Source: Candidatus Staskawiczbacteria bacterium (lineage in GTDB: Bacteria > Patescibacteriota > Minisyncoccia > Minisyncoccales > Staskawiczbacteraceae). Taken from it: 54,099 nt of DNA. Below are positions 29,369 through 37,471 of this stretch, piece after piece. The stretch is from assembly GCA_016866675.1 (NCBI GenBank), contig VGLO01000001.1, forward strand, positions 1 to 54,099. The letters run 5' to 3'. Positions within the stretch are counted from its first letter, which is position 1. Each line of letters opens with the position of its first letter. The position numbers were made by a program, and so were the translations under genes. Under the pieces are notes generated by a model, which saw nothing but the letters and a program-made list of their open reading frames with translations, did not search any database and had not been told where the DNA came from.

Positions 29369-30827
29369 TGATCCACGAGCAGCTTCCGCTACCCGTGCCT
29401 TGTTACGACTTAGTCCCTCTCATTGAGCCTACCTTGATCCCACTTGCGTGGAGCTTCGGGTATTCCCAACTCGCTTGACTTGACGGGCGGTGAGTACAAG
29501 ACTCAGGAACGTATTCATCGCCACGTAGCTGATTGGCGATTACTAGCAATTCCAACTTCATGAGGGCGAGTTTCAGCCCTCAATCCGAACTGGGACCGGC
29601 TTTGGTGGGATTATCCTCCGTCTTGCGACTTCAGTACCCATTGTACCGGCCATTGTACCACGTGTGCAGCCCTAGGCATCAAGGGCCATGCTGATTTGGC
29701 GTCATCCTCGCCTTCCTCCCAATTATCTCGGGCAGTCCCCTGTGACATATAAAACACAGGGCAAGGGTTGCGTTCGTTACCCGAATTAACGGTACGTCTC
29801 AAGACACGAACTGACGACAACCATGCAGCACCTGCCCAACTGTCTTGCGAAGTTCTACTTTCATAGAATTGTCAGTTGGGTTTCTAGCCTAGGTAAGGTT
29901 CTCCGGTTGTTGTCGAATTAAGCCACATGGTCCACTGCTTGTGTGAGTCCCCGTCTATTCCTTTGAGTTTTAAACTTGCGTTCGTACTTCCCAGGCGGAT
30001 AACTTAACGCGTTAGCTTCGCCACTGGCAGGGTCGACACTGCCAATAGCCAGTTATCATCGTTTACGGCGTGGACTACAAGGGTATCTAATCCTTTTTGC
30101 TCCCCACGCTTTCGTCCCTCAGTGTCAGGGTCGCCCCAGCTAACTGCCTTCGCTTTTGGTATTCCCGATGAGATCAACGGATTTCACCCCTACTCCATCG
30201 GTTCTGTTAGCCTCTAACGCCCTCTTAGTCTGGCAGTATTCAAAACAGCTCAAAGGTTAAGCCGATGAGGTTTAATCTTGAACTTACCAAACCACCTACG
30301 GACCCTTTACGCCCAATAAATCCGGGTAACGCTTGGGGTCTCTGTATTACCGCTACTGCTGGCACAGAGTTAGTAACCCCTTATTCATCTGGTACTCTCA
30401 ATAATTTGCTCCCAAATAAAAGAAGTTTACACCCCTAAGGGCTTCATCCTTCACGTAACGTCGCTCCATCAGACTTTCGTCCATTGTGGAAGATTCTCGA
30501 CTGCAGCCTCCCGTAGGAGTGTGAGCCGTGTCGCAGTCTCACTCTTGGGGGTCGCGCTCTCACGCCCCCTACCCGTCATTGCCTTGGTGGGCCATTACCC
30601 CGCCAACAAGCTGATAGGCCGCGGACCATTCATAAAGCGGCTTGCGCCTTTACTCTTGCGAGACTATGGGAAATTACCCCGTCTTTCGACGAGCTGTGCC
30701 CCACTTTACGGTATGTATCCACGTGTTACTAAGCCGTTCGCCGGTGCCCTTGCGGGCCCCTTGACTTGCATGCCGGTATCCACGTTACCAGCGTTCACCC
30801 TGAGCTAGGATCAAACTCTCAAAATTT
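29369..30827 (-). rRNA. rrs: 16S rRNA (about 1.46 kb); 3' boundary uncertain
   Basis: The reverse complement runs from ...TTTGAGAGTTTGATCCTAGCTCAG... to ...AAGTCGTAACAAGGCACGGGTAGCGGAAGCTGCTCGTGGATCA. The 515 region reads GTGCCAGCAGTAGCGGTAATAC. Confidence 0.9.
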
Positions 30828-31090
30828 CATGCCAGTTAGAGTACTGGCAGACTTATTCGAAACAACTTAAAAAAACTAATATCCCCAACATTGGGATGGT
30901 TGTGTACCAAGTTGGGATTCAGAATAAGTTTTTAATGTTCGTTTTCAACGGACCAACCTTTGGTACGCCAAGTGAAAAAAACACCCGCGAAGACCTACAA
31001 ACTTTGTAAACCTTCGCGGATATTTTTAAAACAATATATTTTAAAAATGTTTGCCTTTTATTTTGTTTAATTGTATTACTCTCCTCTCCC

Positions 31091-31118
31091 ATTCTATTCT
31101 AAATAATCTGAATGTCAA
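31091..31118 (-). promoter_or_regulatory. 16S promoter TTGACA-16-TAGAAT
   Basis: Minus-sense TTGACA (31118-31113) and TAGAAT (31096-31091), about 260 nt upstream of the mature 5' end. Confidence 0.5.
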
Positions 31119-31130
31119 TAGCCTAATCCT

Positions 31131-31205
31131 TGGAGCCAGCTAAGGGATTCGAACCCCCGACCTACTGTTTACAAAACAGTTGCTCTACCGCTGAGCTAAG
31201 CTGGC
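31131..31205 (-). tRNA. tRNA-Thr(UGU), CCA encoded
   Basis: Reverse complement GCCAGCTTAGCTCAGCGGTAGAGCAACTGTTTTGTAAACAGTAGGTCGGGGGTTCGAATCCCTTAGCTGGCTCCA. Anticodon loop TTTGTAA. Confidence 0.9.
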
Positions 31206-31327
31206 AAAATATAATTTTTAAAGACAATCAGTTTAGCGAAGCTGTAGAGGAACTCTACCGATCGCTGATGTTCATTAATTTTTGTAAAAATTAATGAAGG
31301 CGACATAAGCTGGCAAAATATAATTTT
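31197..31327. repeat. 22 nt perfect direct repeat covering the tRNA-Thr 5' end and its upstream flank
   Basis: TAAGCTGGCAAAATATAATTTT occurs at 31197-31218 and at 31306-31327. The 87 nt between the copies carries a D-arm-like relic and an AT hairpin. Confidence 0.85.
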
Positions 31328-31363
31328 AAATATACGGCGTGTGATACAAGTTAAAAATATGCC

Positions 31364-31684
31364 CTACTTTTTTCTTTTTTTCTTACTGTCTAATTGCTGG
31401 GCATTTTTTCTTATTCCATGAAGCAAACCATCAATTTTAGTTTCAGTTTTTAAAATCCAAATCTTTGCTTTAGAAAGTATCTTGTGTAAAAAAATCTGCT
31501 TTTCAAAAAAATCAAAGTGAATGTCCTTAATTCTTTTTTCTAATTTTTTAAGAGTCTTTGGTTTTTTAAAACCATGATGACCATTTTTGGGTAAGTTAAC
31601 CAAAACCGGTATTTTTTTATAAAGTAGAAATAGTAAAACTCCAGAAGAAACTATAAAAATTATTAAAGAAATAAGTTGTATCAT
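31364..31684 (-). CDS. small membrane-anchored basic protein (106 aa)
   Basis: N-terminal TM helix. The start overlaps the tsf stop (ATGA). Confidence 0.5.
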   Translation of the reverse strand: MIQLISLIIFIVSSGVLLFLLYKKIPVLVNLPKNGHHGFKKPKTLKKLEKRIKDIHFDFFEKQIFLHKILSKAKIWILKTETKIDGLLHGIRKNAQQLDSKKKRKK

Positions 31685-32265
31685 ATTTCAAATCTTGAAA
31701 ATCTCTTAACTTCTATATTTTCTCCAATTTTTGAAATAGCTTCTTCAATTAAATTATTAATAGTTTTTGAGTCGTCTTTTACCCAAGGTTGATTTAATAA
31801 AGAAATTGATTCTTTGTATTTATTTATTTTTCCCTCAAGAATTTGCTTTAATATATCTTCTGGTTTTCCTGAATCTTTTAACTGCTCTTCGTATATTTTT
31901 GTTTCACCATCAACAATTTCAGCAGGGATTTCTGAATCTTTTACATACAAAGGCTTCATTGCTACAATTTGCAAACAAATCTCATGAGCTAACTTTTTAA
32001 AGTCAGGCGACTTTGCAACAAAGTCAGTTTCACATCTTATGTCAAGCAAAACACCTGCTTTTGAATTGGGGTGAATATATGTTTCAATAATACCCTGACT
32101 TGCCTGTCTGGAAGTCTTTTTTCCAGCAATGTTTTTACCCCAAGTTTTTAGAATTTCTTTTGCTTTCTCTAAATCACCTTGGGCTTGTTCTAAAGCCTTT
32201 TTTATCTCATTTGGAGATGCTCCTGTTTCTTCTCGAAGTTTTTTTATATCTTCAATATTTACCAC
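31681..32265 (-). CDS. tsf: translation elongation factor Ts (short form)
   Basis: UBA-like N-terminus (IKKLREETGASPNEIKKALE) and CETDFVAK. GTG start. Confidence 0.9.
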   Translation of the reverse strand: MVNIEDIKKLREETGASPNEIKKALEQAQGDLEKAKEILKTWGKNIAGKKTSRQASQGIIETYIHPNSKAGVLLDIRCETDFVAKSPDFKKLAHEICLQIVAMKPLYVKDSEIPAEIVDGETKIYEEQLKDSGKPEDILKQILEGKINKYKESISLLNQPWVKDDSKTINNLIEEAISKIGENIEVKRFSRFEI

Positions 32266-32269
32266 CGTA

Positions 32270-32334
32270 GGATTTAGGATTTAAGATTTAGGATTTAGGG
32301 AATTTACTACACCCTACACCCTATCTCCTACACC
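32270..32334. repeat. two adjacent heptamer tandem arrays, (GGATTTA)x4-5 and (CTACACC)x4
   Basis: GGATTTA units lie at 32270, 32277, 32284 (AGATTTA) and 32291, with a degenerate unit next. CTACACC units lie at 32307, 32314, 32321 (CTATCTC) and 32328. The arrays fill the rpsB-tsf spacer. Confidence 0.85.
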
Positions 32335-33017
32335 CTTGAATTTAAAATTGTTTCTTTGACACTCTCTAAAACATATTCGATTGACGAGATTGCGTCATCG
32401 TTTGCAGGAATAATGTAATCAGCAATATCTGGATTAATATTAGTATCTACAACTCCAATAATCTTAATCCCCTTCTTCTTTGCTTCTTTTGCTGCTGTTA
32501 AATCCTTTTTTAAATCTAAAATAAATATTGCATCAGGCAATTTTCTCAATCTTTTTATACCTTCAAACTTAATCTTAAGCGTTTCTAATTCTTTGTCAAA
32601 ATTTAATCTTTCTTTTTTTGTATATTTTTCCAAAGCATTCCTTGCTTTTTTGTCTTCTAAGTCTAGGAAATAGTCAATTCTTTTCGTTAAAGTTTCAAAA
32701 TTTGTCAAAGTCCCTCCAAGCCATCTTTCAACAACATATGGCATATTACAATCTTGAGCTGTTTTTTTAACTGATTCTTTTGCTTGAATTTTTGTTCCTA
32801 CAAATAAAATTGTTTTGTTTTCTTTAACTAAGCTCGCAATAAATTTTAAAGAAGACTCAAATTCCTTAATAGACTTTTCCAAATCAATTAAATGAACATT
32901 GTTTTTAACGCCAGATACAAAAGGCTTCATTTTAGGATGAAGCTTTGAAACAGTGTGGCCAAAGTTAACTCCAGCCTTTATCATTTCTTCAATATTTAGT
33001 TTGACGTCGTTACTCAT
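32328..33017 (-). CDS. rpsB: 30S ribosomal protein S2
   Basis: GVNFGHTVSKLHPKMKPF..., VVERWLGGTLTNF. Confidence 0.95.
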   Translation of the reverse strand: MSNDVKLNIEEMIKAGVNFGHTVSKLHPKMKPFVSGVKNNVHLIDLEKSIKEFESSLKFIASLVKENKTILFVGTKIQAKESVKKTAQDCNMPYVVERWLGGTLTNFETLTKRIDYFLDLEDKKARNALEKYTKKERLNFDKELETLKIKFEGIKRLRKLPDAIFILDLKKDLTAAKEAKKKGIKIIGVVDTNINPDIADYIIPANDDAISSIEYVLESVKETILNSRV

Positions 33018-33042
33018 AATTATATTTAAAACTTAAATGATA

Positions 33043-33294
33043 CTATTTTGATTTTCTCTCTCTAGTTTTCTTTTCTTTTTTTGGCTCATCAGACTTTTTT
33101 GCCAATTTATCTTTAAATTTCTGAACTCTTCCCACCTTGTCTAATACCTTTTCCTTTCCAGTATAAAAAGGATGACATTTTGAGCAAATTTCAGTTTCAA
33201 TGAATTCTTTTGTAGAGCCAGTAAAAAACGTGTTGCCACAGGCACACTTAACAGATGCTTTCGCAAAGTATTTAGGATGGATATCTGTTTTCAT
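33043..33294 (-). CDS. rpmE: 50S ribosomal protein L31
   Basis: MKTDIHPKY..., CxC...[10 protein letters not shown] zinc motif. Confidence 0.9.
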   Translation of the reverse strand: MKTDIHPKYFAKASVKCACGNTFFTGSTKEFIETEICSKCHPFYTGKEKVLDKVGRVQKFKDKLAKKSDEPKKEKKTRERKSK

Positions 33295-33384
33295 AAGATG
33301 TATGTTAGCAAACTTTTAAAATAATATCAATACCTCTTAGCCTTATATTAAAAAAGACGGCTATTTTTCATAACCGCCTATTAA

Positions 33385-33579
33385 TTATCCCTCGTTTCCA
33401 GCTATTAATTTTGGTTTCCATGGAAGATTTGGTTTCCAAAGCCTCCAATCGCGAAACCGAGGGTGATTATTCCTAATTTCCCTATATCGTTCAACTACTT
33501 CCTTGTCATCCTCGCCTTTTATAATAACCTTTGAATTCTTACCACCATCATCGGTATAGCAAAGTTCGTAATAAGTCAT
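33385..33579 (-). CDS. small orphan protein (64 aa), SD-led
   Basis: GGGAGG lies 5 nt upstream of the ATG. Second gene of a two-gene unit. Confidence 0.5.
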   Translation of the reverse strand: MTYYELCYTDDGGKNSKVIIKGEDDKEVVERYREIRNNHPRFRDWRLWKPNLPWKPKLIAGNEG

Positions 33580-33919
33580 TACTACCTCCCTTACATTCCT
33601 TGACGATATACAAGAGAGTCATCAGATCGCTGATACGTTCGTCGCTCAACAACAATACCGTTGATTTTTTTTCAACAGTATAATATTGTTCAGACCAACG
33701 ACGTTGCACTGCCTCTATCTTAATGCGCTTTAGTTGCTCTTCCTGCTGATGTTCGTGCTTGAGAAATCGCCTCCAAGCTTCAAGACGATTGACTTTGCGA
33801 CTATACTTAGAAAGTCGCTTAAAGAATGATTCAAACTTAAAACGCAACATAAGCATCTTCCCTAACCTCTTTTTTATTATATTTTCCCTCCTGCTGTTTT
33901 TCAAGATTTTCTTGGCCAT
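33548..33919 (-). CDS. basic helical orphan protein (123 aa), SD-led
   Basis: AAGGAGG lies 5 nt upstream of the ATG. Divergent from the RF1-like gene. Confidence 0.5.
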   Translation of the reverse strand: MAKKILKNSRRENIIKKRLGKMLMLRFKFESFFKRLSKYSRKVNRLEAWRRFLKHEHQQEEQLKRIKIEAVQRRWSEQYYTVEKKSTVLLLSDERISDLMTLLYIVKECKGGSNDLLRTLLYR

Positions 33920-33986
33920 CTCAACCTCCTTATTTTGCTATCAAGGTACTGTTTTAAAAACTAAATTCTTATGGTATATTACTACA

Positions 33987-34727
33987 ATGGAAATAGAAAA
34001 ACAATCAGTAATTGTAGAAATAAGAGCTGGCACCGGCGGAGATGAAGCCGGGCTTTTTGCGCGTGATTTATATAGGATGTATACAAAGTATGCTACCAGC
34101 CAAGGATGGGGGCAAAAAGTGCTGGATTCTAATATGTCTGACATTGGAGGATATAAAGAAATTATTTTTGAGTTAAAGGGAGAGGAAGCTTATGATCAGC
34201 TTCAGTATGAGGGCGGAGTACATCGCGTTCAAAGAATTCCCAAAACAGAAAAACAGGGACGTGTACATACTTCAACGGTGACAGTGGCTGTAATGAAAAA
34301 ACCTCAAAGGACAGAATTTTCAATAAACCCAGCTGACATTCAAATGGATACTTACAGGGCTTCAGGAGCCGGCGGACAGTATGTAAATAAGACCGAATCA
34401 GCTGTTAGGCTTACTCACAAGCCAACAGGAGTTGTAGTGACTTCTCAGTCTGAAAGATCTCAACTTCAAAATCGAGAAAACGCCATGCAATTAATGGCTG
34501 CTAGAATCTTGCAAGCTCAAGAGGAAGCAGACTTATCAAGTTTATCAGAAGAAAGACGCGCACAAATTGGATGGGCAAAAAGATCAGAAAAAACTCGGAC
34601 ATATAATTATCCGCAAAACAGAATTACCGATCACCGAATTGGAAAATCGTGGCATAATCTTGAAAAAATTGTTGAAGGAGATTTAAGCCCCATCATCAAA
34701 GCATTTAAAAAAGGAAAAGAAGAATAA
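33987..34727 (+). CDS. prfA: class I peptide chain release factor, RF1-type, lacking N-terminal domain 1 (246 aa)
   Basis: Begins at [25 protein letters not shown] (start of domain 2). [14 protein letters not shown] (PxT-type anticodon motif) and [16 protein letters not shown] (GGQ). The in-frame upstream extension in the track shows no RF similarity. A TG-extended -10 (TGGTATATT) lies 6 nt before the ATG. Confidence 0.8.
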   Translation: MEIEKQSVIVEIRAGTGGDEAGLFARDLYRMYTKYATSQGWGQKVLDSNMSDIGGYKEIIFELKGEEAYDQLQYEGGVHRVQRIPKTEKQGRVHTSTVTVAVMKKPQRTEFSINPADIQMDTYRASGAGGQYVNKTESAVRLTHKPTGVVVTSQSERSQLQNRENAMQLMAARILQAQEEADLSSLSEERRAQIGWAKRSEKTRTYNYPQNRITDHRIGKSWHNLEKIVEGDLSPIIKAFKKGKEE

Positions 34728-34793
34728 AAATCCGCCAGTTGGCGGATTTTTTGTAAAGAAATAGACTCGTGAAGCTGTTCACGAGTCTTTTCC
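34727..34793 (+). terminator. two tandem intrinsic terminators after the RF1-like gene
   Basis: ATCCGCCAGTTGGCGGAT plus T6, then AGACTCGTGAAGCTGTTCACGAGTCT plus TTTT. Confidence 0.7.
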
Positions 34794-34794
34794 A

Positions 34795-35045
34795 ACTTAA
34801 GCAGTTGGCGCTTTCTCCTCGGTTCTATTACTCGCGACCGAAAATTTGTTGATTGTACGAGGCCAGACTCCAAGTCCGGCCTTCAAAGAACTGCCCCTTT
34901 TGTCGGGGTCGAGGATCGGCAATATGGTCGCCGATTGCCTTGGCCGCAATAGTGCAGCCAGCGGCCGCTTCTTAGCGCGCTCTGTCAATTGATACACGGG
35001 GTGAATTGGCTGCTCCTTGCCTTTCATAAACGCGACACAAGCAAA
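34795..35045. ncRNA. GC-rich structured region, candidate ncRNA of unknown class (strand unresolved)
   Basis: About 250 nt of roughly 55% GC lies between terminators. There are many 5-7 bp GC hairpins (CCAACT/AGTTGG, GGCCAGACT/AGTCCGGCC, ATCGGC/GCCGAT, GGCCGC/GCGGCC, GCAGCCA/TGGCTGC). The only ORF (76 aa, minus) has no SD and is low-complexity. Confidence 0.4.
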
Positions 35046-35075
35046 AAGACGCTCTCGAGAGCGCCTTTTTTATAA
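35045..35075. terminator. bidirectional terminator hairpin
   Basis: AAAAAGACGCTCTCGAGAGCGCCTTTTTT, flanked by A- and T-runs. Confidence 0.65.
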
Positions 35076-35083
35076 TATTATCC

Positions 35084-36484
35084 CTATCCCCCAATGGCCT
35101 TGATATCGGCTTCGTATTGAGATGCAAACTTTAGTACAGAATTTGCGTAAGCCCTGCATTCATATCTTCCATAATTTCCGCCACAGTAATACTTTGCTGC
35201 AGCAACAGATTCAGAGCTTCCCGCTCCATTATCTTTTAATAACAATCCTGAAGCTAAAAACGCATCTCTAATATTCCAAGGGTTTGCCGTTCTTCCTGTA
35301 ATATCAGTCACTTTGATTGTATAAGCGCTCCATGTTGAGGCAATAAACTGCGCCGGACCCATTGCCCCACCCCAGCCATAAGGTGTCCCATTGCTTGTGT
35401 ATAGTGGAATCCAGCATGACACAGGGGTTTCCTTTGTTTTCATTCCCAAACTTTCGGTTAAAGAAATAAATCCCTGAATTGATTTTGGATTCATTACTCT
35501 TTTTTTTGCGACACCCTGAAGGTTTGTACCGTTTCCAGTGTCAAAATCAGTTAAATAACATTGCCCTACATTTCTTCCAAGACTTGACTCTTGGGTTAAT
35601 ATGGCCAACAAGAAAGCGGGCCTAACCCCCGTGACACTTGAAACATACTTTGCAATTTCTAGCGCTTCTCCAAATGTTGGGGCCTGAGAAACTCCAATCA
35701 ACTCAAAGATTCTAGCCTTAATAGAGGCTGCGTTTTTATCTGCCTCTGCTTTTTCTCTTTGCTGTTGCTGATATTGAGCTTCTGTTAACTTTAAAAGACT
35801 GTCTTGTTGCTGTTTGTTTTTTTCGTTTTGCTGTTTTTGTAAATTCTGAACCTGAATAGTTTTTTGCACTTGACCCTTTTCAGTGTCTATTTTTACTTTT
35901 TGCGTTTCCAGGTAATTCTTCAAATTTGTAGTACTATCAATTAAAGCACTAATTTTTGCATTTAAAGATTCTAGATAAGCTAAGTTACTAAAAAAGTCTG
36001 ACAAATTTCCCTCAAGCAAAATAACAAATGAAGATTTTTTATCTTGCTCGTAAATAGATCTTAATATAGCTATAATTTGTTCTTGAGCCTCGCTAATCTC
36101 AAAAGAGGTCTTATCAATTGATTTTTGAGTATCGTTAATTTGCAAACTCAAGTCCTTTACCAAGAGAGTTCCCTGACTTATTTGATAATCTAAACCAGAT
36201 ATCTTCTTCTTTAACGAAGAAATTTCATTTTGTAGAGTATTTTTTTGTTGTTGAGTTTTAGACAAATCATTTGCAATTAGAGCAGATTGCTGGTCATAAT
36301 AATCTGCGCACTTTTCAAGCTTTGCCCTACACTCTGATGAGCTAATGTCTTTACAAGTATTTTCGTCTTGTGTAATCTGTTCACACATCACAGATAAATC
36401 ATCTGCAAAAACTTTATCTGTTTTAATGAAAACAAAAACAGGAACCAGAAAAGCTAAAAGTAATGAAATAAATGATTTTCGCAT
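35084..36484 (-). CDS. secreted coiled-coil protein with C-terminal lytic transglycosylase (MltB/SLT_2-like) domain
   Basis: Signal peptide, about 250 aa of Q/K/E-rich coiled coil, then LAILTQESSLG...GAMGPAQFIASTW. Confidence 0.65.
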   Translation of the reverse strand: MRKSFISLLLAFLVPVFVFIKTDKVFADDLSVMCEQITQDENTCKDISSSECRAKLEKCADYYDQQSALIANDLSKTQQQKNTLQNEISSLKKKISGLDYQISQGTLLVKDLSLQINDTQKSIDKTSFEISEAQEQIIAILRSIYEQDKKSSFVILLEGNLSDFFSNLAYLESLNAKISALIDSTTNLKNYLETQKVKIDTEKGQVQKTIQVQNLQKQQNEKNKQQQDSLLKLTEAQYQQQQREKAEADKNAASIKARIFELIGVSQAPTFGEALEIAKYVSSVTGVRPAFLLAILTQESSLGRNVGQCYLTDFDTGNGTNLQGVAKKRVMNPKSIQGFISLTESLGMKTKETPVSCWIPLYTSNGTPYGWGGAMGPAQFIASTWSAYTIKVTDITGRTANPWNIRDAFLASGLLLKDNGAGSSESVAAAKYYCGGNYGRYECRAYANSVLKFASQYEADIKAIGG

Positions 36485-36576
36485 CTCTTAAAATTTAAAC
36501 TATACTCCCATTATATTTTAATACAACAAAAAAGCAACCTTATTTCATAAAGTTGCTTTTTAAACTTTTAAAACTG

Positions 36577-37236
36577 TTATTTAATTTCTTCAACCACATC
36601 TTCCTCCTTCTTTTCCTTTACAACCTTCTCAACATCTTCCACATTTTCTGTAATTTCTGCCGACAATTCTTCTTCAACTTTCTGAGGAGGCAAAACCGCC
36701 ACAATTATTTCTTCAGGGTTCTTTAAAACCTCTACATCTTTTGGTAGTTTTAGGTCTTTTACCAAAATATGGTCATCAAAAGTTTTAAGAGACTCAACAT
36801 TAACCAAAATTTCGTGAGGCAAATTTTGAGGTAAAGCTTTTACCACAATTTCTAGCATGTTTTTTACCAAAGTCCCACCTAAGTCCTTTTCAGCTAGAGC
36901 CACTCCCTCAAATACAATAGGAATTGCAACTTCAACAGTTTCTTTTAAGTTTGGCTGAAAAAAGTCTATGTGAATAAAATCTCCAGTTATTGGATCTTTT
37001 TGAATATTGTGAACCAAAACAGTCCTTTTATCTTTAGTTCCATATAGGTCAATTTCAATCAAAGAGCTTTCTCCAGCTAACTTATAAACTTTTTTAAAAT
37101 CCTTTTCATCAATTTCAATAATGTCGTTTTTCTTTAAATTGTGTCCATAGACAACAGCAGGGATTTTTCCTACTCCCCTAATTGAATTGGTTTTCTTTCC
37201 CAACTCACTTCTTGTTTTTGCTAATAATGAAATCAT
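36577..37236 (-). CDS. rplY: 50S ribosomal protein L25/Ctc
   Basis: R..GK...R..G.IPAVVYG N-terminus, two-domain Ctc form with an acidic tail. Confidence 0.9.
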   Translation of the reverse strand: MISLLAKTRSELGKKTNSIRGVGKIPAVVYGHNLKKNDIIEIDEKDFKKVYKLAGESSLIEIDLYGTKDKRTVLVHNIQKDPITGDFIHIDFFQPNLKETVEVAIPIVFEGVALAEKDLGGTLVKNMLEIVVKALPQNLPHEILVNVESLKTFDDHILVKDLKLPKDVEVLKNPEEIIVAVLPPQKVEEELSAEITENVEDVEKVVKEKKEEDVVEEIK

Positions 37237-37291
37237 GATTATATGCGAATCTATAGATTAATATGAAAAGTATAACAGATAATATGATTTT

Positions 37292-37460
37292 TTGCAACTC
37301 CTATGCTGCGACCGGTGTGGGGGGTGTGGTGAGTGCTGCTGCCAGCAATGGCAGGAGCATGAGGCCACTTAAAGAATTCAACGCAGTTCACAAACCACAA
37401 ACTGCGTCAACAAAAAAGTGGATTACATATAAGCCCACGGATGGTACCGCGGGCTTTTTT
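37292..37460 (+). ncRNA. candidate small RNA (about 170 nt) with a GNRA-capped irregular hairpin
   Basis: Weak promoter TTAATA-16-TAATAT (37258-37285). Hairpin 37326-37368 reads GTGG|TGAG|TGCT|G|CTGCCA-GCAA-TGGCAG|G|AGCA|TGAG|GCCAC. Second hairpin ACGCAGTT...AACTGCGT. Terminator AGCCCACGG...CCGCGGGCT plus T6. Confidence 0.4.
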
Positions 37461-37471
37461 CATGCAAAAAA

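Noticed and set aside
29191-30808. Track ORFs 29191-29478, 29611-29820 and 30521-30808
   Set aside because: They sit inside the 16S rRNA gene or its trailer and are spurious.
33759-33986. The 76-codon N-terminal extension of the RF1-like ORF in the track
   Set aside because: It is hydrophobic, low-complexity sequence antisense to the 123 aa gene, with no similarity to RF domain 1. A promoter-like element sits just before the internal ATG.
34797-35027. The 76 aa ORF (minus) as a protein-coding gene; also GCAAGGAGCAGCC as an SRP motif, and two CGGGGT motifs as a c-di-AMP riboswitch
   Set aside because: The ORF has no RBS, has low-complexity basic/Pro-rich content and overlaps dense hairpins. 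The SRP-like string lacks the complementary 5' strand. The ydaO-type CAGCUAA/ACCCG elements are absent, and no downstream gene exists on the plus strand.
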